A stretch of 47,565 nucleotides of DNA, taken from contig MEDY01000441.1 of NCBI GenBank assembly GCA_001724265.1, positions 1-47,565 on the forward strand. The letters are read 5' to 3'. The DNA is from Rhizaria sp. SCN 62-66. Taxonomy: Eukaryota. Of this stretch, positions 32,292 to 44,897 are shown piece after piece. Both the position numbers and the translations under genes were made by a program. The notes beneath the pieces were generated by a model, which worked only from the letters and a program-made list of their open reading frames with translations, was not told the origin of the DNA and did no database searches. Position 1 is the stretch's first letter. Each line of letters begins with the position of its first letter.

Positions 32292-33258
32292 TGTCAGTAG
32301 GACTAGCGCGGTAAACAACAATAACAAAGTGGCAGCACATGGAACAGTGACATATGGCAAAGGGTGAAGAGTGAGTCTGAGTGTCAATATCGAGCAGGGA
32401 AGAAAGAATGACGGGGGAGAGAAGGATCTGCGAGGGCTCCCCCTCTCAAGCCTCTGTCATAGACGATAGAAAGAGGCCAAGAGGGGACAAATAGTCAAAT
32501 AATACAGTAGATTAAATATGAATTCCGATTAGATGCGTTATAACATCATAGATGCGATCTATTTGCGGCTTCACTGCGGTCAAAGTTTTGCTGTCGTGGC
32601 AGTCTCCTCGGTGGGAGGAGTCGAAAAAAGCAAGCCACCACAAACGCGTTTTGGAAGGCGAAACACCGCCCACGGTCACTGTGAGCGGTGCCAATTGAGC
32701 AAGACGCTTCATGTCTGATTTGGCGACGGTGCCGCGGAGAGCGGTGCGGAATGTTTCCTGCCGCGCGTGCTGCTGTGTGTTATTTGTGGAAACTTTGTTT
32801 TTTTCAGAGAACAGTGTGCCCACAAGCCGCAAGAACAACACGCGCGAACGTCACAGCAAAGGACATCGTCCACCTCACTGGCCGGAGACTCCGTGCCGTC
32901 TTTCTCATGCATAGCCTCATGCACAGTGAACGATTTTTAAGTCCAACTTTACATTTTCTAATTTACATCCACCATTCGATTCTCACCGCTTCCCGTCTTG
33001 TTTTTCCTTCTCGACACTCTTCCGGCGCGATCTGTATCATCCTCGTCCTGGTGAACAGCTTTCGTGCACTTCAGTGCAGACACTTGCTTCCTAAACCCCA
33101 AACCCGTTTTTTCTTTTTCCACCGAGTTTGCCGCGTGGCTGTGCACCCCCTGGAGCGGTTTTTGTGCGTAACGCCGCCACTCTTTCCACGCGTCCTGCCC
33201 TGTCCCGCCCGCGCGCTCAGCTGGCAGTCGGCGTTTCCCCTGCCCCGTAAGGCCCGCG

Positions 33259-36200
33259 ATGTCAGACTCACAGTCACCCTCCGCCGACGCTGCCGGCGCC
33301 GCGGGGGCGTCTGCCACAAACAAACGCGGCGGTCGTGACCGCCAAGCAAAGGTTCGTCTCTCGCTCGCGCAAACCAGCCGCAACGCGCCTCCCGGCCCCC
33401 TCCCTCTCCTTCCCGCCGACCTAACACTGCAGATTGGACCGCTGCCCACAGTCACCGCGCCTTCCGTTTTACTGCTGAACAAGCTTTTTCTCGTCGTTTT
33501 TTGTTCCTGTTCGAGTGGTTTTCTGTTTAACGCACTTGTTTTTCTCGTAAACCAATTTGATTTTTTGCTCACTTTTCCGTTCCACGTGCGTCCTCGCCTT
33601 TTCTTTTCCCGCCCCTTGCCCTCCTGCCTTTCGCTTTCTCTTTGACTCCGCTGTTCTATCGCCACTCTACAACACAGCCCGCTGCCGCTGCCCCCAAGCG
33701 TGGCCGCGGCCGTCAGTCCGCCGCCTCAGCCGCCGCTCACGCCGCCGCGCTCGAGGCCGACGCCAACGCCGCCGACACGCCCGGCGGCGACAACGACGCC
33801 TCTGCTGCCGACGGCGCCGCGGAGCCCGACGACACCGCCGTCGACGCAGACGCAGACGCAGACGCCGCTGCTGATGCCGACGCCGCGGCTGAGTCCGAGG
33901 CCGCCGCCGCCGAGTCGTCAGCCGCCGCTGCGACTACTGCAACTCCTGCGACGCTGATGGATGACGACGAGCTTCCCGTCGACGCAGACGTGGACAGCGA
34001 CGACGTTGACGCAGACGCCGCCGCGGCTTTTGCTAACGCTGACGCTGACGCCGCCGAGCCCGCGACCGCTGCCAACGCCGACGCCCCTGCGGCTGCTGAG
34101 GACGACGAAGAGGAGGGCGATGAGGAGTTCGACGACGCAGACGCCGATAACGACGCGGACGCTGACAACGACGGCGACGGCGAGGGTGACGCCGACGCCG
34201 ACGCCGGCGGCGCTGACGCCGACGCCGCCTCTACCGCCGCCGCGGCCGCCGCCGCGACGGCGACAACGGCGACGACGCGCCCGCGCGGCCGCAACGCCTC
34301 GCGCCAGCCCAGCAAGAAGCGCCGCACAGGCGCCGACGCCACGCTGGCCGCCAACGCGGCGCGCGCAGTGATCCCCGCACCCGAGGCCGCGGTGTCGGGC
34401 GCCGTGGGCGCCGCGGCGGCCAGGAGGGGCGCGCAGGCGCAAGCCGCCGCCGCGCAGGCCGCCATCGCCGCCGCCTCCACCGCGCCCGCCAACACTAGCG
34501 CTACTGGCGCCGCGGCGGGACTGCCCGCGGGGGCGGTCGGCCGTGGCGGCAAGGGCCGCGGTGGCGCCGGGGCCGGGCAGGGCCAGTCCGCGCGCGGCAA
34601 CGCGGCCGCCGCAGCCGCAGCCGCTGCCGCCGCCGCCGCCGCCGCTGCTGCTGCTGCTGCTGCCGCGGCTGCGGAGCCGCTCAAGATGGACTACACCGAC
34701 GAGCACGAGGACCCCACGCGGCTGTACTGCCTCTGCAAGCAGCCCTACGACGGTTCCAAGTTCATGATCGCCTGCGACGCCTGCAACGACTGGTTCCACG
34801 CGCGCTGCGTTAACCTCACCGTCACGGAGGCCGAGCGGCTCGATAAGTTCGTCTGCCCCGGCTGCCGCGCCACGCGCCCCGGCGCCGCCGCCGCAGCCGC
34901 CGCCGCAGCCGCCGCAGCCGGCATGGTTGGGCTGGGCCTCGGGCTCAGCTCGCCCGCCACCGCCGCCGACGCCGCCGCAGCCGCCGCTGCTGCCTCGCTG
35001 CAGCGTGCCTACACCACCGCCGCCGCAGCCGCCGCGGCCGCAGCCGCGCCGGCCAGCGCCGCTGGGGCCGGGCTCGACGCCGCAGCCGCGGGCCGCGGGA
35101 TGTACGGCGCGGACGCCGCCGCCGCCATGGCCGCCGCGCAAGCCGCCGCCGCAGCCGCCGCGTCATACGGCGGCGGCGCGGGCGCTGGCTCCGCCGCGGC
35201 TCAGCAGGCCGCCGCAGCCGCGGCCCAGGCCGCCCAGGTGGCCGCGGCCCAGGCCGCCGCCGCGGACCGCGCATCAAGCGACCGCAGCGCTGCCGCGGCC
35301 GCCGCCGAGGCCGCCGCGGCAGGCTCTGGAGCGTTCATGCCCGCCGCGACCGCCGCGGCTGCCGCGGCCGTGGCCGCGCTGGGCCCGCGCGCGCGCGGCA
35401 GCTGGCTGATGTCGTACTCGCTCACCGCGGCCGACGCCACCCGACTGCACGCCGGGTCGGAGTCGGACGGCGACGTGGAGCTGTCGGACGACTCGGGCGC
35501 CGACGAGCCTGACGACGCGCCCTACGCCTCGCTCGCGGTTCCCAGTCCCCCCACGCTCACCGCGGTCACGGCAACTAGCGCCAGCGCGAGTGCGAGTTCG
35601 AGTGCAGAGGACGACAACGCTGAGGCTGACGTCGACGCGGCCGCCGCCCAGAGCGCCTTCAGCAGCGGCAGCAGCGGTGTGGTTGCGCCGGCGCGCGTGC
35701 GCTGGACACGCGATAACGGACTCCTCTGGCGCCACCCCAACGCCGCCGCCGACAGCAACAGCAGCAGCAGCAGCAGCTATGGCTCTGGCTACGGTAGGCG
35801 GGGTGCCGAGGCGCCCAAGCGCTGTGTGTTGATGCCGGCGCATGCGCAGGCCCCCTCGGCCGCCGCCGCCTCCGCCGCGGGCGCGGGTGCCGGAGCCGGG
35901 GACGACGACGCCAGCGCGGGTGGTGAGCTGCAGTCGACCGGTGAGATGTTGCTGCAGCAGCAGCAGCTCCAGCAACAGCTGCAGCTCCAGCAGCAGCAGC
36001 TGCAGAACTACCACTCCGTGGGCCCCATGTTCGTGCCTGTGTACGATGCGCCCCCGCGCGCGCGCCGCGGCGGCCGCGCCGCGACCTCCGCCGCCGCCGC
36101 CGCCGCCTCGTCCTGGACCGCCCGCCCTAGCTCTAGCTCTAGCTCTAGCAGTGCCGGTGCGAATGATAGCAACATCAGTGGCGGCAGCAGTATGATCGCG

Positions 36201-39200
36201 ACGGTGCAGGGAGCGACTGCGGCGTACCACTCAGCGCTGCGGCGCGAGCTGGCGCGCCAGCTGGGCTCCGACACCGCCGCCGCTGCCGCGCTGGCGGCGC
36301 GCCTCGAGGCGGCCCAGAACGCCGCGCCCGCCGGTGTGGCAGCCGGGGAGGACGCGTGGCCGCCGCTGCTGGTGTCGCTGCCGACGCCGCCGTCGTCGCT
36401 GCCGCTGCCGCCGCGCGCGCCGCTGCCGCGCGCCGTGTCGGTGGCGCCCGAACTCCTGCGCGCGCTGCTGCACCGCACCAAGCAGGCGTGGCGCGCGTGC
36501 CGCGGGCTGCCGGAGCTGACGATGGAGGAGCAGGAACGGCAGGATGAGGACAAGCGCGCGCTGCTCGTGGCGCGGGCGGAGGCGCGGAAGCAGCGCGCTG
36601 AGGCCCGGGACGCACGCAGGCAGGTCAGGCACGCGCGTGCGGAGGCCGTGGCCGCTGCAGTGGCCGCGGCCAGGGAGGCCGGCACTGTGCCGCGCAAGAC
36701 GGTCCGCCAGAGCCGCCCCAAGCCTGCCGCCGCCACTGCCGCCGCTGTTTCCAGTGGCAGCGCTGCCGCGGTCGCGATGAATGAGGAGGAGCAGCCGCAG
36801 AAGCAGGCTGGCGAGGCGGCTGACACCGAGGCTGAGAAGAAGGACAAGGACGACGCCGCTGCCAGTGACGCTAACGCTGACGCTTCGAGCTCGGCTGTTG
36901 TCGCTGCCAACGCCAACGCTGAGGACGAGATGGAAGAGGTTGACGTCGAGGTGACTGATGACGAGGCGCTTATCCAGCTCGCCCACGCAGCCGCCGACGC
37001 CGCCGCTCCTTCCCCCGACTCGGTCTCTTCGCCCTCCCAGCTCTCTGACTCCGCCTCCGCCTCTGCTAGCAGCGCCAGCGCGACTGCGACCGTGCAGGTG
37101 CAGGCGCAGGCGCAGGCCGAGGCCGCTGCCGTGGCCGCCGAGGCCGAGCAGGAGGCCGCCGACGCCGCTGAGGCCGCCGCAGACGACGAAGAGGTCGAGG
37201 CGCTCACTCTGCTGGCGCTGCGACCCAACGTCGGCAGCGTGTGGGCCCCGCCCGCGCCGTCGGAGCAGGACGACACGGATCTGACGGCGGCGTTCAAGCT
37301 GCCCGACGTGCGCAGCCTTGAGTTCGCGGCGCTGTTGCACTACACGGACCCTGACTACCGCACCGGCGCGAGTCCGCAGTTCGTGGCGCTCGTGGAGAAG
37401 ATCAAGACCGCCAACAAGGCCAAGGCCGACGCGGAGGCTAAGGCCAAGGCCGAGGCCGAGACCGAGGCCGGTGAGTCTGCTGCTGCTGCTTCTGCGGAGG
37501 CTGAGACGAAGACTGAGGCTGCTGGCCCTGTCGCCATGGCCGACTCTGACGCCGCTAGCTCCAGCTCAAGCTCTAGCTCAAGCGCCAATGCCAGTGCCAG
37601 TGCGGATGCCCCTGAGAGCAGCAGCGACGCGTCTTCTCCGTCCACTTCTGCCGTCGTCGTCAAGGTCGAAGGGGTTAGCAGCAGCGTTCTCTCCAATAAC
37701 AGCACTGGTGAAATTCGTCCTGAGGGCAAGAAGGGCATGCTTTTGCTCCGCGCCTGGGGCTCCGCGTCCTCGATGCCGCACCTCGCCACTTCGGCGGCCG
37801 AGGTCGCCCAGCTACGCGATTTAGTCGATGACTACTCGCCGTACTTCGTGCTGCTGTACCGCGCATGGTGGCTGCGCAACTACGAGCTGCGCGTCAAGCA
37901 CCGTGAAGCCGCCGCCGCCAAGCGCGCCGAGGCCGCCGAGCGCCGCGCCGCGTGGCTCGACGAGCTCACCGCGGCCGCTGCCGAGGCGCGGGCCGTCGCG
38001 GCGCACGCGCTGGGCGAAGCCGAGGCCGCGGCGGCGGCGGCGGAGGCCGAGGAGGCCGCCGCGCTCGCCAGGGCCCGCGAGGCCATTCCCGCGGTCGTGC
38101 CTTCGACCTCCGCTGCTCCCACTGTCTCCACCACGACCGCTGCCGCTGCCGCAAGTGCACCTAGTGCGAGCGCGAGTGCTGAGGGCGAGGACGCCGGCGG
38201 CATGAGCGACCTGCCGCTGCCGACCGTGGAGCCCGCCGCCTCCGAGACTGACCCCAGCGCTCCCGCCGCTGCGACGGCGACGGCGGCTGACGCTGCCGAC
38301 GCTGAGGCCGAGGCTGCGCGCGACGCTACCGTGGCCGCCGCGGTTGACGCCGACCCCGCGCTGCAGTCCGCGCGCGCGCTGTTGGCGGAGCGCAACGCGG
38401 CGGCGCAGCAATGCGAGTTTGACGCGCAGACCAAAGAGGCGACGCTGACGCAGAGCCAGGCCGCCGCGGTCGAAGAGGCACGGCTCGCGGCCGAGGCCGA
38501 GGAGGCCGACGCGACGTCGAACCAGACGGACCGCAGCAACGCCGACGCCGTCACGACCTACGTCGCGTCGTTTGAGCGCGCGCTGGAAGACGCCGAGGGC
38601 ATGGACCCCGTCGCCGCGGAGGACGCACTGTGGCTGCACTTGCTCGTGCACCGGTTCGAAGCCGAGCGCGCGCTCATCTCGGTCGAGCGCCGCCGCCGCG
38701 TGCTCGCCGCCGGGCTGGCGTTCGCGCGCAGGGAGTCTGCGCGCATCGTCGCCGCGCGGCCCCACGTCACGCCCGCGGCCGAGGCGCGCGTCTTCGCCAA
38801 GCTCGAGCCCGGCGCAGTCTGCGCGGTCCTGCCCCCACTTGCCACTGCGGCCGCCGCCAAGCCGAGCTCCGCGAGTAGCTCCAGCTCCAGCTCTAGTGCC
38901 GCTAGCCCAGGCACTGTGTCTGCGGCCGTGGCGCTGGCGCTGCAGGAGCCGCTCCCGGAGCCCGCGCGCGACCGCTTGTGGGCGGACATGCTGCCCTGCG
39001 CCGGCTGCAGCGGCTTCATTCCCGCGCACCTCTTCGCGCGCCATACCAGCGAGTGCGCGCGCCAGGCACGCGCCGCGTACAAGCGCACGCGCTGCGGCCG
39101 GCAGCTCCGCGGCGCGGGCAGCAGCGGCGGCCACGCGGTCGACGACGGCAGTGAGCCGCTGCTCGTGTGCGGTTTCCCGCTCGCTTTCGGCACCGAGGAC

Positions 39201-41009
39201 CCTGCGGCTGTCGCGATCGCCCCCAGCGGCGCCGACGACGGCAGCTCCGCCAAGAAGGAGGAGAACAGCCCTTCTTCCTCTTCTGCGTCTGCGTCTTCCG
39301 CCAGTGCGCCTGCGTCTGCGCGCGTGAGCCGCTCGCGGTACTGCACTGCGCTGCGCGGCGAGTGCACTGCGCACGCGCTGTGGGACTCGCTCGCGCACGC
39401 AGAGCTCGCGCAGGGCCACTTCCTGCACCGGCTCCGCGTCGGCGCGCTCACGGCGGAGCTCACGGCCGTGGCGTCGCACCTGCGCGAGCGCTCAGTGCGC
39501 CTCCTCATGGAGCTTGACATGACCGCCGACGCGCTGGCCGCGCCGCTCACCACCGAGGCGCTCGACGCCGCGGACATCGCGCTCGACGCGCCCGTGGCGG
39601 ACCCCACCGCGGGCCCGCTCGCGCCCGGCGGCAACCCGTCGCTGATGCTGCTGCGGCATCAACTCACTCAGCAACAGACCGAGGCCTCGCGCGCCGCCGG
39701 CGTGCTCGACGCGGCGTCGTACCAAGAACAGGCCGCCGCCGCCGCCGCTGCGCAGGCCCAGGCCCAGGCGCACGCACACGCACACGCACACGCGCAGGCC
39801 CAGGCCCAGGCCCAGGCCCAGGCCCAGGCGCAAGCGCAGGCCCAGGCCCAGGCCCAGGCGGAGCTCGCGTCGCGGCTGCATGGCGTCGGCGTCGCGGTGG
39901 ATCCCGCCGCCGTGGCCGCGACCGTGGCGACCGCCGCGGCGGGCGAGGGCGAATCCGAGGCGCGGCTGCAGATGCTGCGCACGCAGGCGCTGCAGCTGGC
40001 CGAGGAAGTCTTCGGCGAAGTCGCGGGCACGTTCCTCAACGCGCCGCTGCCGACGCAGGAGACAGCGCTGCAGAGCCGCACCGAGGAGCTCTGCGCCGAG
40101 GAAGGCATCTCGGTGCTGGGTCTGCAGGCGCTGGCCGTGGAGGCGCAGTACGAGTACCTCGTTGGCGAGCGCGCGCGGCTGGAGCAGGAGCACGGCGCCG
40201 TCTCCGCGGCCGCCGCGACGTCCCCGGGCGACGCCGCCGCCGCCGAGGCCGCGGCCGCGCTCGCGGCGCGCTGTCTGCGGCTGGACCATCTCAGCTATGT
40301 GCTGCGGCTGGGCGAGATCGCGCGCGAGGCGAACCTCATCGCCGAAGTGGACCACTGGCGGCAGACGCTCGCGCGGCACCTGCGCGAGCTGCGCGACAAC
40401 GCCGTGCGTGGGCTGCCGATGGACCCAGCGATGCTGAACCAGTGCGTGGACATCCTGCGCTCGCTCACCGAGGCCGGCCGCCTGCCGCAGGAGATTGCGC
40501 TTGATGTAGAGCGCGAGACTCAGGCGCTGGCGGAGCTGATGCAGCAGCAGCAACAGCAGGGGATCCAGCATCCGGGCCTGCAGCAGCAGCAGCAACAGCA
40601 GCAACAGCAGCAGTTGGATGTGATGCAGCAAATGCAGATGCAGATGCAGGGCCAGCAGGACCACATGCAGCAGCTCCAGCAACAGCAGCAGCAACAGCAG
40701 GAGATGTACCACCAGCAGCAGCTGCAGCTGCAGCACCAGCCGCTCGACGACGCCAGCGCTGCTCTGGCGCAGGCGCAGATGCAGGCGCGCGCGATGCATG
40801 ATGCCGAGTTTGCCGACGAACAGCAGCAGCAGCAGCAACAACATTTGGAGCAACAGCAGCAGATGGAGCAGTTGCATTTTATGCAGCAGCAACAACAGCA
40901 GCACGAGCAGCAGCAACAGCAGCAACAGCAGCAGCAGATGGAGCTCGAGCAGGCTGGACTGCAGGGACTGGGGCAGGACGACAACGCGCTCGCGATGCTC
41001 TATCTCCAG

Positions 41010-41055
<46 letters not shown>

Positions 41056-41123
41056 TGCAAATGGGCTATGAGCTTATGATGCGCCAGCAACAGCAGCAGC
41101 AGCATGACGACTCTGCAATGTAA
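33259..41123 (+). CDS. CXXC1: PHD-finger COMPASS subunit, CXXC1/CFP1/Spp1-like; join(33259..33351, 33678..41123), 2512 aa with poly-Ala and poly-Gln expansions
   Basis: PHD: LYCLCKQPYDGSKFMIACDACNDWFHARCV...FVCPGC. C-terminal CFP1-like elements PCAGCSGFIPAHLFARHTSEC, VCGFPL and YCTALRGECTAHALWDSLAHAE. Intron 33352-33677 (GTTCGT...ACACAG, phase 0). TAA stop. Confidence 0.75.
40540..41103 (+). repeat. Coding CAG/CAA-rich poly-Gln region
   Basis: Multiple Gln tracts at the C-terminus of the PHD protein. Confidence 0.85.
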
Positions 41124-42044
41124 ATTTAAAAAACAAACTACACTCGGATTACGCAGTGACTGATTGAGTGACACACAGAGAGAGATATGTGTTTGATAGG
41201 TGAAGATTTAGACACAGAGATAGATATTTTACCCAACTAGTAAGTATTAAATTGAGGCAGTTGACCACTACTGAAGCGTGATGATGAGAAAAATGAAAAC
41301 GTGAGTAGCATTTTGTTATGTCTACCACAACCATCAACGCAAGCAAGTGCCCAACATGTCATTTCATTATTATTGAACAATCATATTAACAACAAAAACA
41401 ATACAACTTTTGATATTATCGAGTTATATTTATTCTCGGTTTTGTGAAATTTGTCATTGTATTCATGAGTGAGGCGAGAGCGAAGAACAAATAGAACAAA
41501 ATCATTCTGAAACTGTAACAGTACGCGGACAATGCGCGAGCCAAGTGACAGTCACGAAGGACAAGACCAAGTTTTAAGGAATGATAAGGGTACATGAATG
41601 TTATGATTATTTTGGTATGGTAATATTTGTAATTATAAACTACTCGTACGCATACAACAGCAGAAGAACTTAAAAACACAAAGTAAAAAAAGATTTTGAC
41701 AAAAAAACTAAAATTGAGACAAAAATTCAGTCAACAACTCACAGTCACTGACAGCACACATAAGCCAAGAGCTCGCCACGCACCTCCGTTTGCCTATTAC
41801 GCAGACACACAAAAAAGAAACCAACAACAACAGTAACAACACCGAAAAAAACATCAACAAAAAGATAAAAAAAAAAATAAAAACAACAAAGAACCACGAA
41901 AATACGTAACTTAGCTCATTTTTTAACTTGGCTTTGTTTTCGCAAACAAAAAGGCTCATTTCTCACCGCATTCCATGACTTCACACTTGCTTAACTGCTT
42001 GTTTGCTTGCTTGACTGCAGAGCAATACAATGCGCTTAGAAGAC

Positions 42045-44897
42045 TTAGAAGACGTGGTCCCATTCGGGATTGGCGGGGTCAACAGAGAACTTCTCGTCGC
42101 CGTTGTCCTGCTCAGGGTAGGCGTCGAAGTGACTGAGGTCGAACTTGTCCTTGATGTCGACAGAAATGGGCGGCGTAATGGTCTTGTTGTACAGCGCGGT
42201 CCAGTCGAGTCCCTCGAACCAGGCGTGGCGCATGATGAGCGACGCGCCGCCCATGAGCACGCCGAGACGGCGCGTGGGCTTGATCTGCAGCAGCGACGCG
42301 ATGAGCTCCTGCGCGGCGGGCGAGAACGACGACGGGAAGAGAACCTTACCGGCGAGGATCTTGGAGTACATCTGCGTCGGGCCAGCCTCGTCGTAGAAAG
42401 GCGTGTAGCCGGCGAGCATCTCGTAGATGAGGATGCCGAGCGTCCACCAGTCGGCGCCGGTGTGGTGGCCGGCCGAGGCCACGATCTCGGGCGCGAGGTA
42501 GTCGGGAGTGCCGCAGAAGGTGTATGTACGGTCCTTGGTCTTCTTGGCGAAGCCGAAGTCGGTGACGCGGAGGTAGCCGTCACGGTCCATGAGCAGGTTC
42601 TCGGGCTTCAGGTCGCGGTACAGCGTGTCTTTAGAGTGCATGTAGTCGAACACAGAGACGACAATTGCGGCGTAAAACTGCGCCGTCGCGTTGTCGAAGT
42701 GGTCGCGCGCGCGCAGGATCGAGAAAAGCTCGCCACCCATCGACGGCTCGAGGAGGAAGTAGAGGAAGTTGTTGTCGCGCAGCGTGCGGTGCAGGCGGAC
42801 CACGAACGGGTGGTTGAGCTCCATCATCACCGCGCGCTCGTTGAGGATGTGCGGGATCTGGTTGTGACGCACCACGTGGTTCTTGTTGACGGCCTTAAGC
42901 GCGTAAGTGACCTCCTGCTTGTCGGCGACGAGCTGGACGTGGCCGAACGTGCCGCGGCCGAGCGTGCCGATGATGCGCAGGTCGTCGAGCGACTGCACCT
43001 GGCACACGGGCTTGGCCGCGGCGGCGGGCGCGGCCACGGCGGCGGCCTCGGCCTCGGGCTGCTCCGGCACGGCGGGCTGCTCGCCGAAGTGCATGCGGAT
43101 GCCGCCGACGGACTTCGTGCCCGACGCGGTGCCGGGCACGGAAGGCAGCGCGGGCAGCGCGGGCAGCGCCGAGACGCGCGCGCTCGCGGAGCCCGCAGCG
43201 GCCTCGGAAGAGCCGGCAGTGTTGCGGTTGTCCGACTCCATGGGGGGCGGGGGCGGAGGCGGGACGTCGTCGTCGCCGGCAGCGCCAGTCTCGGGGGAAG
43301 CGGCAACGGCGGCGCCGCTGGAAGTCTCCTCGTCGTGGAAGAAGCCCACGCGGTCGGCGTTGTGCGTGGGGGAGACGAGCGTGATGGCGAGCTCGCGGTT
43401 GAGCAGCGAGTAGCGGCGCACGCCCGACTTGTCGAACGTCTCCTCGACGCGGCCCATGAGGTCCACGAAGTCGGAGCGCGTGAGAAACAGCACCTCAACG
43501 TCGGTCAGCGCGGTGATGGTAGCGCCGCGCTGCTGGTTCTTGATCAGCGCGTGCTCACCGAAGTACTCACCGGGGCGCGAGAAGACGTGCACTTCGTTGC
43601 CGTCTTTGTACGCGCTGGCCTGGCCGGAGACGATGATGTAGAAGGCGTCGCCCTGCTCGCCCTCGCGAATGATCTGCTCGCCGCGCGAGAAATGGCGCTC
43701 CTCAAGCGCTTCGGCGACCTGGTTCAGCAGCTGCGTGGGGAGCTGGCCCAGCAGCGCCGTGGTGCGGAGGAACGCGACGCGCTGCGCGAAACGCTGCTCA
43801 GACGCGGTGGCGATGAGGCGCTTGTACTGGAGACGCTCCATGGTGTAGACGAGCGTGTTCTGCACGGCGCGGATCGTGTGCGTGGACATGGTGTCGTAGA
43901 GCAGCGCAACCTCGCCGTACGAGTGGCCGCGGGTGAGCATCTCGGCAGACGCCATGGGCGACGCGGGGGCAGAGGGACCGCCCTGGAAGCCGCTGGGGGT
44001 GACCTGCAGCGAGTTGAACTTGCCGCCGCCCGCGACCGGGTTGGCGGCCGCGGACTGGTTGGCCGTGGACCAGAAGTTGTTGCCGCCGACGGGGGAGGCG
44101 GGGGACAGCGGCTCAGCGGAGCCATTGGCGTACTCGGCGTGGATGTCGAGCGGGCCGAGGTGGTGCTGCGTGGACTTGGCCTGCAGAGCGCCGGAAATGA
44201 CGACGGAGAACATGAACGCGGGCTGGTTCTCGGCGATGACGACGTCGTCCTTCTTGTACTCCTGGGCCCACATGAGTGACACGACCTGGCGCAGAGCGGC
44301 CTCGTCCATGATGCGGAAGGCGAGGTTGTGCTTGATGACCTGGTAGATCAGCTCAGTCACGTCGGGGGTCTTCTCGTACCGGCGCGACGCCAGTGTCTTG
44401 GCGTCGGTAGCCATCGCGCCCGTCTCGGCCGAAATGGCCTGACGACGCTGCATCAGGATCTTCTTGTGGATGCTGGGCTTCCAGAACTTGGCGTCGGCGC
44501 GGTCGCCCGCCGCGTTGGCGGGGGAGTTGGGCGCGAGCGAGATGGGCTTCTTGCCGTAAAGCTTGAGTACATCGCGCACGGCGTCGACCCACTGGCGCGC
44601 GACAACGTCGGACGCGCCCTTAAGCTCGAACTGGCGCTCCACGCCCTCAAGCACAATGTTGAAGCGCGTGGCCGACTTCTCGGCCATGTTGGTCGCGACA
44701 CCGGACATGTTCTCGACGAGGAGGAAGCCGAGGCAGAGATCTTCGTTGCCAACGTCCTCCTTGCGCTTGTAGTAGCACAGCTGGTGGGGCCAGAGGGCGA
44801 AGTAGCGGTCCTGCCACATGTGACGGCCCAGGAAGGCCTTGGGGGACTTCTTCTCGAGGAAGCCCTCGAGAATGATCGACTCCTTGCTCGCCTGCAT
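42045..44897 (-). CDS. PKG-like cyclic-nucleotide-regulated AGC kinase with an N-terminal PH domain and two cNMP-binding domains, 950 aa
   Basis: PH: EGFLEKKSPK...WQDRYF...ARQWVDAV. Autoinhibitory-type RRQAISAE. cNMP boxes YGEVALLY and FGEHALIKNQQRGATI. Kinase motifs GRGTFG, YRDLKPEN, DFGFAK, TYTFCGTPDYLAPE; AGC tail. TAA stop. Confidence 0.92.
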   Translation of the reverse strand: MQASKESIILEGFLEKKSPKAFLGRHMWQDRYFALWPHQLCYYKRKEDVGNEDLCLGFLLVENMSGVATNMAEKSATRFNIVLEGVERQFELKGASDVVARQWVDAVRDVLKLYGKKPISLAPNSPANAAGDRADAKFWKPSIHKKILMQRRQAISAETGAMATDAKTLASRRYEKTPDVTELIYQVIKHNLAFRIMDEAALRQVVSLMWAQEYKKDDVVIAENQPAFMFSVVISGALQAKSTQHHLGPLDIHAEYANGSAEPLSPASPVGGNNFWSTANQSAAANPVAGGGKFNSLQVTPSGFQGGPSAPASPMASAEMLTRGHSYGEVALLYDTMSTHTIRAVQNTLVYTMERLQYKRLIATASEQRFAQRVAFLRTTALLGQLPTQLLNQVAEALEERHFSRGEQIIREGEQGDAFYIIVSGQASAYKDGNEVHVFSRPGEYFGEHALIKNQQRGATITALTDVEVLFLTRSDFVDLMGRVEETFDKSGVRRYSLLNRELAITLVSPTHNADRVGFFHDEETSSGAAVAASPETGAAGDDDVPPPPPPPMESDNRNTAGSSEAAAGSASARVSALPALPALPSVPGTASGTKSVGGIRMHFGEQPAVPEQPEAEAAAVAAPAAAAKPVCQVQSLDDLRIIGTLGRGTFGHVQLVADKQEVTYALKAVNKNHVVRHNQIPHILNERAVMMELNHPFVVRLHRTLRDNNFLYFLLEPSMGGELFSILRARDHFDNATAQFYAAIVVSVFDYMHSKDTLYRDLKPENLLMDRDGYLRVTDFGFAKKTKDRTYTFCGTPDYLAPEIVASAGHHTGADWWTLGILIYEMLAGYTPFYDEAGPTQMYSKILAGKVLFPSSFSPAAQELIASLLQIKPTRRLGVLMGGASLIMRHAWFEGLDWTALYNKTITPPISVDIKDKFDLSHFDAYPEQDNGDEKFSVDPANPEWDHVF

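Noticed and set aside
42036-42053. 9-bp direct repeat giving a second in-frame TAA after the kinase stop
   Set aside because: A small local duplication; one instance is not evidence of selected tandem stops.
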